The notes under the pieces are model-generated. The model saw nothing but the letters and a program-made list of their open reading frames with translations. It was not told where the DNA came from and ran no database searches. From positions 480,001 to 544,000 of the forward strand of contig JAWLHY010000003.1 in NCBI GenBank assembly GCA_041690135.1: a stretch of DNA of 64,000 bases. Reading direction: 5' to 3'. Position 1 is the stretch's first letter. Each line of letters starts with the position of its first letter. This DNA comes from Armatimonadota bacterium. GTDB lineage: Bacteria; Armatimonadota; SYMT01. Positions 10,275 to 19,791 of the stretch are shown one piece after another. The position numbers were made by a program, and so were the translations under genes.

Positions 10275-10383
10275 GGCGGCGCCTCCCTTGCAGTGGCGGC
10301 GAGTGGTTCGTGGGGAGTCGGTATTCGAGACCCTGGAAGCAAGTGCGAGTTATCCGCCAGGGAATCCTGTCTTCCTACGAACG

Positions 10384-12315
10384 CTAAGGCGGGTTGTCAG
10401 GAGCCGGGTTGCTCGCCAGGGCGCGCTCGGCTATGCCCAGGGCCGCCGTGGTGAAGATAATGGGGTAGAGGCGCTCGAAGTACCAGAGGCGAGCGAAATA
10501 GAAGCCGATGGGGCACGGATCGAAGCGACAACCGCCCTCCGTTCGTTCCGCAAGCCACGCCACGCCCGCCCGGAGTGCCGATACCCGTTGCGGGGAGCAG
10601 GCGCCGGCCAGGTGAAACGCTGCGAGTGCGTGGACCGCGAGAGCCGTCTCCTCGATCGAGCCCGCTACGCCCCGTTCTCCTCCCCAGCTTCCGTCGTCGT
10701 TCCGGGCGGACAGTAGCCAGTCTCGCCCCCGAGCCCGCATCCGCTCCAGGTCCGGGTGCAGCGAGCGCTCCAGGGCGGACAGGGCAATCAGGACCCGTGA
10801 GGTGCCATAGACGGGGTTCTCATCGTTGCCGGCGTGCTGATTGCCGAACCAGAGAGGAATCCAGGCGCCGTCGGCCCGTTGCTGCGCACGAAGATAGTCC
10901 AGGGCGCTCCTGGAAGCTCCATCCACGCGGGCTGTAAGGTTGGGGGGAAGGAGGTCGCGCCAGGAATTCCACGCCAAAAGCGTGTGAGCCGTGAGATCGG
11001 CGCCACTGCGATCGAACGGGAGTGCGCCCCAGCCCCGGCAGAAGGTCGGAATGCCGCCGTCCCGGTTCTGCAGGCCCAGCAACCAGGTGACGCCGGCCGC
11101 GGCGGCAGTCCGGACCACCGGGTCGTCGCTACCCAGGTTTCGAAGCGCGAGGAGAGCGCCCGGAGTGTCGTCGGCATCCGGCACGCCGCCCGGAAGGTCG
11201 GTCCAGGCCCACCCACCGGGAGCGGCACGGGTGTAAGGATGCACCTCCCGGTACTGTTGAGCCAGCAACCAGTCTCGAATTTGCGTTCGCTCCTCTGTTG
11301 AAAGGAATGCTGCCGCATCGCCCCCCGCGGCGAGCGCGTTTACAGAGAGGGTGGTGGCCCAGGTGGCCAGGTTGGTATCGATCGGCCAGCTTCCATCGGG
11401 CCGCACCGAGCGGACGAGGAAGTCGACCGCGTTTTCCACCACCGGATGGTGCGCGTGTCCGGCAGCGACCAGGCTCATCGTGACGAAGCTGGTGAGCGGT
11501 GCGGCCTCCAGAAAGCCCCCGCCCTGCGGCTGGATCTCGCGCAGGACGCCCAGGGTCCGCTCCCGCAGGAGTTCCCGGGTGACGTACGCCGCCGGGTTCC
11601 GGGTAGGACGGTGGTGGTGGATCGTCTGCCCGATGGCGATGAGAGCCGGCAGCGCGTAACTGACTACCGGCAACTGCAGCCACTGGAACCACTCGTGCGG
11701 GCAGGCGGCCAGCTCGAAGGGAAGGTCGGGAACGTGCTTCCACGCTTCGCGGCCCTTGCCCAGCCTTCCTGCCAGGGTGCACATCGTCAGGATCGGGACA
11801 GAAAAGGTGCGGTCCTTCCCGTAGCGCGCGATGATCGTCCGGGCGAGGCGGTCCGGCTCCAGCGACCCTGCCGCCTGGCTCAACCAGGTCTCTGCCTTCC
11901 GTACCGTGTCGTGCGCCTCCGGGCCGGCCACGGAGAGCGCCGCCCAGCAGAGCGCCGTGGTACTGATGTTGCTAAGGCTCAGCACCGTGTCGCCCCAGCC
12001 GCCGTCGGCGTTCTGATGTTCGATCAGCCACCGCACGCCGCCGCGCACGAGGCCTTCCAGTTCTTCGGGAGAGACGGGAGATGTGCGGCCCTGTGTTGCG
12101 CGAGCATACAACGCCAGGGCAAATAGAGCCGTGGCCGTAGAGAGGGCGCTGGTGGAGAGTTCCCCTTCCCAGTGGCCGGCGGCCGTGCGTTCGGCCAGCA
12201 GCACATCCCGGGCATGGTGAAGCGCGTTCGAGAGGGTCGAAAAAGATGTCTGGTGCAAGAGATCCGGTGGAATACGTCGTGGAGGGTCGGAAGGATCGAT
12301 CATTCTGAACTTCAT
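10384..12315 (-). CDS. shc: Squalene-hopene cyclase-like triterpene cyclase
   Basis: QW repeats (QNADGGWG, QNRDGG, QRADGAW, RNDDGSWG) and catalytic DxDD motif VPDADDT. Confidence 0.8.
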   Translation of the reverse strand: MKFRMIDPSDPPRRIPPDLLHQTSFSTLSNALHHARDVLLAERTAAGHWEGELSTSALSTATALFALALYARATQGRTSPVSPEELEGLVRGGVRWLIEHQNADGGWGDTVLSLSNISTTALCWAALSVAGPEAHDTVRKAETWLSQAAGSLEPDRLARTIIARYGKDRTFSVPILTMCTLAGRLGKGREAWKHVPDLPFELAACPHEWFQWLQLPVVSYALPALIAIGQTIHHHRPTRNPAAYVTRELLRERTLGVLREIQPQGGGFLEAAPLTSFVTMSLVAAGHAHHPVVENAVDFLVRSVRPDGSWPIDTNLATWATTLSVNALAAGGDAAAFLSTEERTQIRDWLLAQQYREVHPYTRAAPGGWAWTDLPGGVPDADDTPGALLALRNLGSDDPVVRTAAAAGVTWLLGLQNRDGGIPTFCRGWGALPFDRSGADLTAHTLLAWNSWRDLLPPNLTARVDGASRSALDYLRAQQRADGAWIPLWFGNQHAGNDENPVYGTSRVLIALSALERSLHPDLERMRARGRDWLLSARNDDGSWGGERGVAGSIEETALAVHALAAFHLAGACSPQRVSALRAGVAWLAERTEGGCRFDPCPIGFYFARLWYFERLYPIIFTTAALGIAERALASNPAPDNPP

Positions 12316-12583
12316 TCTAACGGTATCCGCTCACCTTCCACACGATCTGGATGGACGATCCGGCATTGCGCCGGCATCGGCCCCGCTTCCTCCCGACCGA
12401 CATAGAGTTTGGAGGCCTTCTTCCTGGCTTTAGGGCCCCTCGGTGGCAGAAAGTGCCAGCCGGAAGGGGCTCACCTACCGGCCGGGAAACTCCAACAAGG
12501 TCTCTTCCTGGACCGGCTTTGCTCGTCACCTCCCGTGGCTGCGCCGGCCTGAAGTCGTTTACTTACCCGGCCGGAGGTTTGTG

Positions 12584-13840
12584 TTGTCTTCTCCGCTCTC
12601 CCGTGTTTCGCCGTATCGTGCCCTGGTCCTGGGCCTCTCCCTGGCCCTGCCGGTCGTCATGTCGCAGAGTCTTCCTGCGGCCGGGCCGGACCAGCCCGCT
12701 TCCGAGCCCCCTGCGGTCTCCCGGCCCGCCGTGCCGAAGGAAGTGCGGGGCGTGTGGGTGGTCCGCACCGACCTCACCACGCCGCAGGCCGTCTCGCGGG
12801 TGGTGCGGCACGCCCGGCAGAATGGATTGAACACGCTGTTCGTACAGGTGCGGGGACGGGGAGACGCTTACTACAGCGGCGGGCTGGAGCCGCGGGCGAA
12901 GGCGCTGGCGAAGGCCGGGCCGGCGTTCGATCCGCTGTCCCAGATCGTGCGGGAGGGACACGAGGCGGGATTGCAGGTGCACGCCTGGGTGAATGCCTGC
13001 TACGTCTGGTCGGAGAAGAAGGGCCCCGGCCCGGACCACCTGGTCAGCGCGCACCGGGACTGGCTGGCGGTGGACCGCGCCGGCCGGCGGTGCGCCGTGG
13101 GAGACGCGGAAGTCTTCATCTGCCCCGGCAACCCGGCGGCGCGGGCGCACCTGGCGGCGGTATGCCGCGACCTGGCGCGCCGATACGCCGTGGATGGGGT
13201 GCAACTGGACTACATCCGTTATAACAACGGAAATACTTGCTTCTGCGGCCCCTGCCTGAAGCGGTTCGAGACCTATGTCGCACCGAAGAGCACGCCCGCG
13301 AAAATGGCGGCTCTGAAGGCAAAAGGCCGGCTCGGCGTGGTCCAGGGTTATGCCTGGAGCTGGAAACAGTTCCGGCGGGACCAGATCACCGCCCTGGTGC
13401 GTGAGGTGCGCACCGCGGTGAAGGCGGAGCGTCCCTCCGTCCTGTTGAGTGCGGCGGTGATCCCGTGGGGCGCCTTCCCCGGCGATTTCCGCAAGACGGA
13501 AGCTTACAACACGGTGGGGCAGGACTGGTATGGTTGGATTCGCGAAGGGCTGGTCGACGCCGTGTGCCCGATGACCTACCAGGCGAACCTGGCCGGCTTC
13601 AAGAAGTGGGTCCACGGCGTGCAGCGGGACCATCCGGAGTTCCCGGTCTGGTTCGGTATCGGCGCTTACCTGTTCGGGCCGGAGAGCGCCGCGGTGAAGA
13701 TCCAGGCGACCCGGCAGGCCGGCGCCCCAGGCTGGGTGTTGTTCAGTTACACGGCCGTCACCCAGAGCGGCACGAACGATGGTTATCTGAAGTCATTGAA
13801 GGCACGCGTGCTGCCGCGCGAGACGGCCTCGGCTCGCTGA
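12584..13840 (+). CDS. Glycosyl hydrolase-like family 10 (GHL10, YddW/DigH-like), secreted
   Basis: EVRGVWV, LFVQVRGRGDAYY, FDPL, QVHAW, DGVQLDYIRY, QDW, PMTY; GGAGG then TTG at 12584. Confidence 0.85.
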   Translation: MSSPLSRVSPYRALVLGLSLALPVVMSQSLPAAGPDQPASEPPAVSRPAVPKEVRGVWVVRTDLTTPQAVSRVVRHARQNGLNTLFVQVRGRGDAYYSGGLEPRAKALAKAGPAFDPLSQIVREGHEAGLQVHAWVNACYVWSEKKGPGPDHLVSAHRDWLAVDRAGRRCAVGDAEVFICPGNPAARAHLAAVCRDLARRYAVDGVQLDYIRYNNGNTCFCGPCLKRFETYVAPKSTPAKMAALKAKGRLGVVQGYAWSWKQFRRDQITALVREVRTAVKAERPSVLLSAAVIPWGAFPGDFRKTEAYNTVGQDWYGWIREGLVDAVCPMTYQANLAGFKKWVHGVQRDHPEFPVWFGIGAYLFGPESAAVKIQATRQAGAPGWVLFSYTAVTQSGTNDGYLKSLKARVLPRETASAR

Positions 13841-13951
13841 GAACAGCAGAGCGCAGTGCAGCTGCGCACGAAGCATTCTCGAGCAGTGCAACTGCCCGAG
13901 ATCGAAAAGTGTCGCCGTGCGAGACGGCGTCTCGCTAACTACGGAATTCCC

Positions 13952-15022
13952 ATGGTACCGATTTCCAATGAGAGGCTTCAGGCGCTCGATGGGTTGATCG
14001 AGCAGGGGTTGGCGGACGGCCTGTTCCTGGGTGCCGCGTACCGCGTCCTGCGCAAGCCGGACCAGGTACTCGCGTCCGGACGGATGGGCTTTGCCCAGGA
14101 AGAGCCGCTGACGCGCGTGCTTTCGAACACCGTATGGGATCTGGCTTCCCTGACCAAGCCGCTCGTCACCGCCACCTCCATCCTGATCCTCGCGGAAGCC
14201 GGTGAGTTCCACCTGGACGAGGAGGTACTGCATTTCTTGCCCGAGGAGGCCCCCAGCCTGGGAGGGATCACCCTTCGGCATTGCCTCACCCACACCTCCG
14301 GCCTCAAGGCGTGGGAGCAGTTCCACTCGCAGAATCTGGAGCGGGAGGAGATCCTGCGGCGCGTCCATGCTTCCGTGCCGGAAAACGCGCCGGGCACGGC
14401 TTACGCCTACAGCGACCTGGGCTACATCCTGCTCGGCGAAGTGGTGGAGCACGTTACCCAGCGAACACTCCCGCAGTTCGCGGAAGACTGGATCTTCGAT
14501 CCGCTCGGGATGCGGAGCACCCGCTACTTGCCCCCGGAGGAGTGGACCCGCCGCATCGCCGCCACCCGCTGCCTGGATCGGCAACGGGTACTGGTGGGGG
14601 AAGTCCACGATGGTAACTGCGCCGCGCTGGGCGGGGTGGCCGGGCATGCCGGATTGTTCGGCACGATCGACGACCTGACCCTCTACGCCCGGATGCTGCT
14701 GAACGAAGGGGAACTGGACGGCAGCCGCGTGCTCTCGCCCCTCGCCGCCCGGCAGATGATGCGGAACCAGAACCCGCCGGGCCTCAACGGCCATACCCTG
14801 GGATGGTTTACCCGTCCCAACAGCTTTCTCCCGGCCGCCGACTTCTGGCCGGAGGATACCTTCGGCCACACCGGGTTCACCGGAACCAGCCTGTTGATCT
14901 CTCCGTCGACCGGCATCGCCGCCATCCTGCTGACGAACCGGGTCTACATGGAGAACGACGGCAGCGATTTCCTGCGCTTCCGCCGCCGGTTCCACAACGT
15001 GATTGCGGCCCTGGTCCCCTAA
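13952..15022 (+). CDS. Serine hydrolase, beta-lactamase-like family (AmiE/YfeW-like)
   Basis: SxxK (ASLTK), LTHTSG, YSDLG, GEVHDGN...GGVAGHAGLF, FGHTGFTG. Confidence 0.85.
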   Translation: MVPISNERLQALDGLIEQGLADGLFLGAAYRVLRKPDQVLASGRMGFAQEEPLTRVLSNTVWDLASLTKPLVTATSILILAEAGEFHLDEEVLHFLPEEAPSLGGITLRHCLTHTSGLKAWEQFHSQNLEREEILRRVHASVPENAPGTAYAYSDLGYILLGEVVEHVTQRTLPQFAEDWIFDPLGMRSTRYLPPEEWTRRIAATRCLDRQRVLVGEVHDGNCAALGGVAGHAGLFGTIDDLTLYARMLLNEGELDGSRVLSPLAARQMMRNQNPPGLNGHTLGWFTRPNSFLPAADFWPEDTFGHTGFTGTSLLISPSTGIAAILLTNRVYMENDGSDFLRFRRRFHNVIAALVP

Positions 15023-15037
15023 AAGGGGGAATGGACT

Positions 15038-15718
15038 ATGGGTTGGCTGAAGGAACTCCGGCGCCGGGTGGAGGCGATCGGCATCCCGTGTGCCGTGCAG
15101 TTGGAGTGCGCTCGCGAGTTCCACGGTAACCGCAAAGGGGGATGGACACTCTGTCCAGACTCCCTGAACTCCGAAAGCGTGGTGTACTCGGTCGGCGTGG
15201 GAAACAACCTCTCCTTCGACGTCTCCCTCGTGCGCCGCTTTGGGTTCCGCGTTCACGCGTTCGATCCAACGCCGGAGGTCATCGCCTGGTTCCACGCCCG
15301 GGAGTGGCCGGCCGAAATACGTCTTCACGAGTACGGCCTGGCGGACTTTGACGGGATGGCGGACTTCTCACCCGATCCGAACCCGAAGGAAGTGTCCCAT
15401 ACCCTCATGGGGCGGCCCGGTTCGCAGGCGCCCATTTCGAGAGTGCCGGTCCACCGGCTGAGCACGGTCATGACGCGCCTGGGCCATTCCCGCATCGATC
15501 TCCTGAAAATCGATATCGAAGGCGCGGAATATGGGGTGATCGAGCAGATTGTCGGGGAAGGGCTGCCGGTCCGGCAATTGCTCGTGGAGTTCCACCATCG
15601 TTTCCCGAACATCGGGAAGCCCCGGACCGTCGAGGCGATCCGCCGACTGAATAGCGCCGGATACCGGATTTTCCACGTCTCCGAGGCTCGCCGGGAGTTC
15701 TCCTTCCTTCAGGGGTAG
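15038..15718 (+). CDS. FkbM family methyltransferase
   Basis: VYSVGVG, HAFDP, IDLLKIDIEGAE, VEFH. Confidence 0.85.
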   Translation: MGWLKELRRRVEAIGIPCAVQLECAREFHGNRKGGWTLCPDSLNSESVVYSVGVGNNLSFDVSLVRRFGFRVHAFDPTPEVIAWFHAREWPAEIRLHEYGLADFDGMADFSPDPNPKEVSHTLMGRPGSQAPISRVPVHRLSTVMTRLGHSRIDLLKIDIEGAEYGVIEQIVGEGLPVRQLLVEFHHRFPNIGKPRTVEAIRRLNSAGYRIFHVSEARREFSFLQG

Positions 15719-15947
15719 CCCGAGGCGTTAGAAACTCGCTGGTCCTGCGTCCTCGCGGACGCTCTGTTGTCAGAACCCGCATCGGTCACCCTACGTCCGG
15801 AGGACGTCCAGGCCACCGGTAGACCGAGGCGTTGGAAACGCCTCGCTGGCTCCCCGTCCTCACGGACGGCCTGTGGGTAGAACCCGTACCGGTTACCATC
15901 CGTCCGGAGGACGTCCAGGCCAGCGAGGGAATTCCAATCCCTCGCGT
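15715..15947. repeat. Tandem ~107-bp REP-like units between convergent genes
   Basis: cgtccggaggacgtccaggcca at 15794-15815 and 15901-15922; each unit starts GTAG plus palindrome (GTAGACCGAGGCGTTGGAAACGCCTCG). Confidence 0.7.
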
Positions 15948-15983
15948 TGATCCCTCGCCCTGAATCCCTGGCCCCAATCTGCG

Positions 15984-17354
15984 CTACACCGTCTCCAGTA
16001 CTTCGGCGATGGTGCGGTCGAGGATGGTGACGATCCGGTCGATGTCCTCCTCCGTGATGACGAGGGGTGGGCCAAAGGCGATCCAGTGGGGATCGAAGCG
16101 GAAGAGCAGGCCGTTCTCCAGGGCGCGGCGGCCGATGAGTTGGCCGAGTGGCGGGCTGAACCGTTCCTTGGTGGCGGGGTCGCGGACCAGCTCGACGCCG
16201 AGGAAGAGTCCCTTGCCCCGGATATCGCCGATGATGCCGTGCTTTCGGAGCCCTTCCAGGCCGGCCCGGAGGCGCTCGCCCATCCGGCGAGCGTTGCCGC
16301 AGAGGTCCCGCTCGATGATCTCGGTGAGGGCGGCGATGCCGGCCGCGCAGGAGACCGGGTTCCCCTCGTAGGTGTGACCCTCGACAAAGCCGGGGTTCTG
16401 GGGGGCGTCGCCCCAGAAGGCGTCGGCGACCTTATCCCGGCAGATCAGCGCGGAAAGCGGCGCATAGCCGCCGCTGAGTCCCTTGCCCAGGCAGAGGAGG
16501 TCCGGCAACACGCCGAAGGTCTCCGCCGCGAACATCTGGCCAGTCCGTCCCGCGCCGGTGATGATCTCGTCGAAGATCAGGAGCACGTTGTTCCGGTCGC
16601 AGAGTTCCCGCAGCTTCGGCAGGTACTCTTCCGGCGGGTCAATGATGCCGCCCGTGTGCCCGATCGGCTCCACCATCACGGCGGCCACCGTGTCCGGGTC
16701 CTCCATCTCGATCACGTCACCCACCAGGCTCGCGCAGGTGATGTCGCAGGAGGGATAGTTCTTCCCGAAGGGGCAGCGGTAGCAGGTGGGCGGGAAGACG
16801 TGGATGAAGCCGGGGGCCAGCGGCTCATTGACGGTACGCCGTGACTTGAGACCCGAGGCGGAGAGCGAACCCATGGTGGAGCCGTGCCAGCTCTGGTACC
16901 GGGAAATGATCTTATACTTACCGGGGTTGCCGGTGAGGCGGTGATACTGCCGGGCCATCTTGATCGCCGCTTCGGTCACCTCGGAGCCGCCGCACTCGAA
17001 CTTGACCGTGTTCAGGTCGCCGGGCGCGATCCGGGCCAGGAGGTTCGCCAACTGCACGGCGATCGGGTTGGTCCCGTGCATCGCGGGAGAGAAGTGGAGC
17101 CGGTCGAGCTGGTCCTTGATCGCGGCGATCACCCGCTGGTTGTGGTGCCCCACGGAGACCACGTAGATCCCGGAGAGCGCGTCCAGGTACTCCTTGCCGC
17201 TCACGTCCCAGTAGCGGACCCCCTCCGACCGTGCCATGATCAGCGGGTGCTTTGAGAACTCCTTCATCTGGTCGCGCGCCAGCAGCTTTCGGAGGAAGTC
17301 TTCCTGCGTGGTCTGCGCCTCGGCAATCAATTCAGGGACGCGGGTGGTATCCAT
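15984..17354 (-). CDS. Aminotransferase class III (PLP-dependent)
   Basis: YLDALSG, GGSEVTEAAIK, SWHG, LIFDEIITGAGRTG, GKGLSGGY, GHTYEGNP. Confidence 0.92.
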   Translation of the reverse strand: MDTTRVPELIAEAQTTQEDFLRKLLARDQMKEFSKHPLIMARSEGVRYWDVSGKEYLDALSGIYVVSVGHHNQRVIAAIKDQLDRLHFSPAMHGTNPIAVQLANLLARIAPGDLNTVKFECGGSEVTEAAIKMARQYHRLTGNPGKYKIISRYQSWHGSTMGSLSASGLKSRRTVNEPLAPGFIHVFPPTCYRCPFGKNYPSCDITCASLVGDVIEMEDPDTVAAVMVEPIGHTGGIIDPPEEYLPKLRELCDRNNVLLIFDEIITGAGRTGQMFAAETFGVLPDLLCLGKGLSGGYAPLSALICRDKVADAFWGDAPQNPGFVEGHTYEGNPVSCAAGIAALTEIIERDLCGNARRMGERLRAGLEGLRKHGIIGDIRGKGLFLGVELVRDPATKERFSPPLGQLIGRRALENGLLFRFDPHWIAFGPPLVITEEDIDRIVTILDRTIAEVLETV

Positions 17355-17379
17355 GGGTGCGGGTTCCTTATCTCACATC

Positions 17380-17406
17380 GCGTAATGCGTATTGCGTATT
17401 GCGTAA
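17380..17406. repeat. 7-bp tandem repeat tract (GCGTAwT)
   Basis: GCGTAAT GCGTATT GCGTATT GCGTAA. Confidence 0.75.
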
Positions 17407-17458
17407 CCGAACCTGCCGTGGCCAGGGGCAGCTCGGTCGGCAAGTTGTATGCGCGCCA

Positions 17459-19258
17459 TCAGCGCCCCAGCCCCGCCAGGAAGACCAGGAGCAGGATGAG
17501 GGCGAAGACGAGCACCCAGGCGCCGAGGAAGCCGAGGATGTCGATCTTCGTCAGCCGGGGGATCTCCCAGCCCAGCTTCTGCAGGCCCGGATAAGCCCAC
17601 TGCGAAGCTTTACGGTAGTCGAGCGCCATGCCGTGCAGTCCCAGGGTGGCGGTCTCGTGCAGCTTGACGGTATCCCCTTCGGCGACTTCCAGCCGGACCT
17701 CCTCTTCTTTTCCGACCGGGGTGTGCAGGCGGGCGAAGAACGGGTCGAGCTGTTCGGCCGGGTGGGGGCGGGTGCCCAGGCTTACCGCAATCAGGAGGCC
17801 GAACTCCACCCCCAGGGTCAACAGCACCTGCATCGGCCGCGTGAGCTCGTGGAGGCGCATCCCCTCGCCGGCTTGGGCGATCGCAGCGAAGAGGGCGCCA
17901 AAGAGCGGGGTCTTCGCCGCGCCTTCGGGGCCGGTCGTCAGGATGTAGATCAGCAACCCACCCAGGAAGCTGGCCCACACGCCCGCGGCGTTGGTGCGCC
18001 GCCAGGTGACGCCCAGCCAGAACGCGGGACCGAGGAGCCCCACCACCATCAGGGCGAGGTTCAGGAGTTGGGTCACGCTGTCCGCCGTGACCGCCATGAA
18101 GATGCCGAGGGCCAGCAGAGCCGCGGAGGCAATGCGGCTCACCCAGAGGTAATGCCGGTCCTCCCGGTCGCGCACCACGTGCTGGTAGAAGTTGCCCATG
18201 AAGAGCGAGGCGCCCACCACCATGAAGGTCTCGGCACTGGTGACCCCCGCGATGAGACAGGCGATCATCAACCCGCGCCAGCCGTCGCCCAGGAGCGCCT
18301 GGATGGAGCGGCCGTAAAGGGTCTCGCTCGCTTCCTTGAGCTTCTCGCCGTCGAGGCCCTGGAGCACTTCGGGGAAGACGAGGATGGCAATGATGCCGGT
18401 GAAGGCCCAGGCGATGGTGAGCAGGCGCTTGATGAAGTTGCCGTAGCACATGCCGACCCGCGCCTCGAGCTCCGTCTTGCCCGAACCGGTGGCGCTCATC
18501 ACATGGGGCTGCGCGACGATGCCGACAATCGAAAGGATCGACATCGCGAGGATAAACCAGGGGTCTCCCTCATTCGCTCCCGCTGGCGCGGCGATTGCCA
18601 GCATCTCGGGAGAGAGCTGGGCGTGCAGCCCGGCCATGCCCCCCACTTTCTCCAGGCCGGCCGGAATAATCATCACGGAGAGAACGATCAGCATCACGCC
18701 CTGGAGGAAGTCGGTGTAGGCTGCCGCCACTAAACCCCCCGCCATGATGTAGGTGGAGAAGAGCACCGCGAGCACGATGACGGATCCGGTCGTCGGCACC
18801 TGCCCGCCCGTGGCCCCCGAGATCGCCGCGCCCGCGCCGCGCAGCAGCATGGCCATGGAGAGGACGTAGAAGAAGAGCCCCACGAAGGAGTAGAGCATCT
18901 CCAGGCTGCGCCCATAGCGCATCCGGAACACGTCGCCCGTGGTCGTTACGCGCAGCCGCCGGGTGATGGGGGCGATCATCCAGTAGAACGGGGTTCCGAA
19001 GAGCCACATCCACTGGTACCAGATCCCTCCCAGCCCCACCCGGGCCGTGGCCCCCGCCACCTGCACCGCGTGGTCGCTGTGCGTGCCCGTGCAAAGCCAG
19101 TGCATCACCAGCAGGCCCTTGCCGAAACTGCGGCCTCCGAGGAAATAGTCCTCCTCATTCTTCACGCGCCGCGAGGCCCAGAACCCGATCGCCATCACCG
19201 CCAGGAAGTACCCGACGATCATCGCGACATCGATAAACTTCAATCCATAGAGGGTCAT
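17459..19258 (-). CDS. Sodium:solute symporter family protein
   Basis: Many TM helices; DYFLGGRS, GGLVAAAYTDFLQG, WRRTNAAG. Confidence 0.9.
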   Translation of the reverse strand: MTLYGLKFIDVAMIVGYFLAVMAIGFWASRRVKNEEDYFLGGRSFGKGLLVMHWLCTGTHSDHAVQVAGATARVGLGGIWYQWMWLFGTPFYWMIAPITRRLRVTTTGDVFRMRYGRSLEMLYSFVGLFFYVLSMAMLLRGAGAAISGATGGQVPTTGSVIVLAVLFSTYIMAGGLVAAAYTDFLQGVMLIVLSVMIIPAGLEKVGGMAGLHAQLSPEMLAIAAPAGANEGDPWFILAMSILSIVGIVAQPHVMSATGSGKTELEARVGMCYGNFIKRLLTIAWAFTGIIAILVFPEVLQGLDGEKLKEASETLYGRSIQALLGDGWRGLMIACLIAGVTSAETFMVVGASLFMGNFYQHVVRDREDRHYLWVSRIASAALLALGIFMAVTADSVTQLLNLALMVVGLLGPAFWLGVTWRRTNAAGVWASFLGGLLIYILTTGPEGAAKTPLFGALFAAIAQAGEGMRLHELTRPMQVLLTLGVEFGLLIAVSLGTRPHPAEQLDPFFARLHTPVGKEEEVRLEVAEGDTVKLHETATLGLHGMALDYRKASQWAYPGLQKLGWEIPRLTKIDILGFLGAWVLVFALILLLVFLAGLGR

Positions 19259-19287
19259 GACGGGGCTCGCTCTCCTGGGGCTACTTC

Positions 19288-19640
19288 AAGGTGGGAAGGT
19301 TGAAAGTTGAAGGTTGAAGGTTGAAGGACCGGGTGTTCGGGTGGTCAGGTGTTCGGGTATTCAGGAGTTCGGGCGTTCAGGCACTCCGGCTATCAGGCGT
19401 TCGGGATGTTGTTGGTAAATGGAGGCCGCCTCGGATGACGGTATCGTAGGGGATGTGATGGACACCCGGCACAGCCTGGGGCCGTCCCCATTCCGCACGT
19501 TCCAGGTCTTCCCTAGTGGTTCAGGGTAAGCTGCGGTGACACCTTCCAGGATTGGGCCTTCACATTCACCTCTTGCCCCTGCGGGAGGCTTCAACCTTCC
19601 ACTCCCAACCTTTCAACCTGCAACTTCCAACCTTCCAACC
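19288..19640. repeat. Inverted 7-bp repeat arms enclosing an 8-bp repeat tract
   Basis: (AGGTTGA)n at 19288-19326, (GGTGTTCR)-like tract at 19331-19405, complementary (TCAACCT)-like tract at 19589-19640. Confidence 0.8.
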
Positions 19641-19791
19641 AGGCGTCAGCTACTGCCCAACGGTACCGGTTCAAGGACCATCGAACACCCGGAGCCCTTC
19701 GACGCAACAAACCATGCAGCACGGCGAAACTCCCGGGGACCGGGCGCCGTCAGGCGGATGATGGACTTTTGCTCGATCCGGAGGTGGATGG

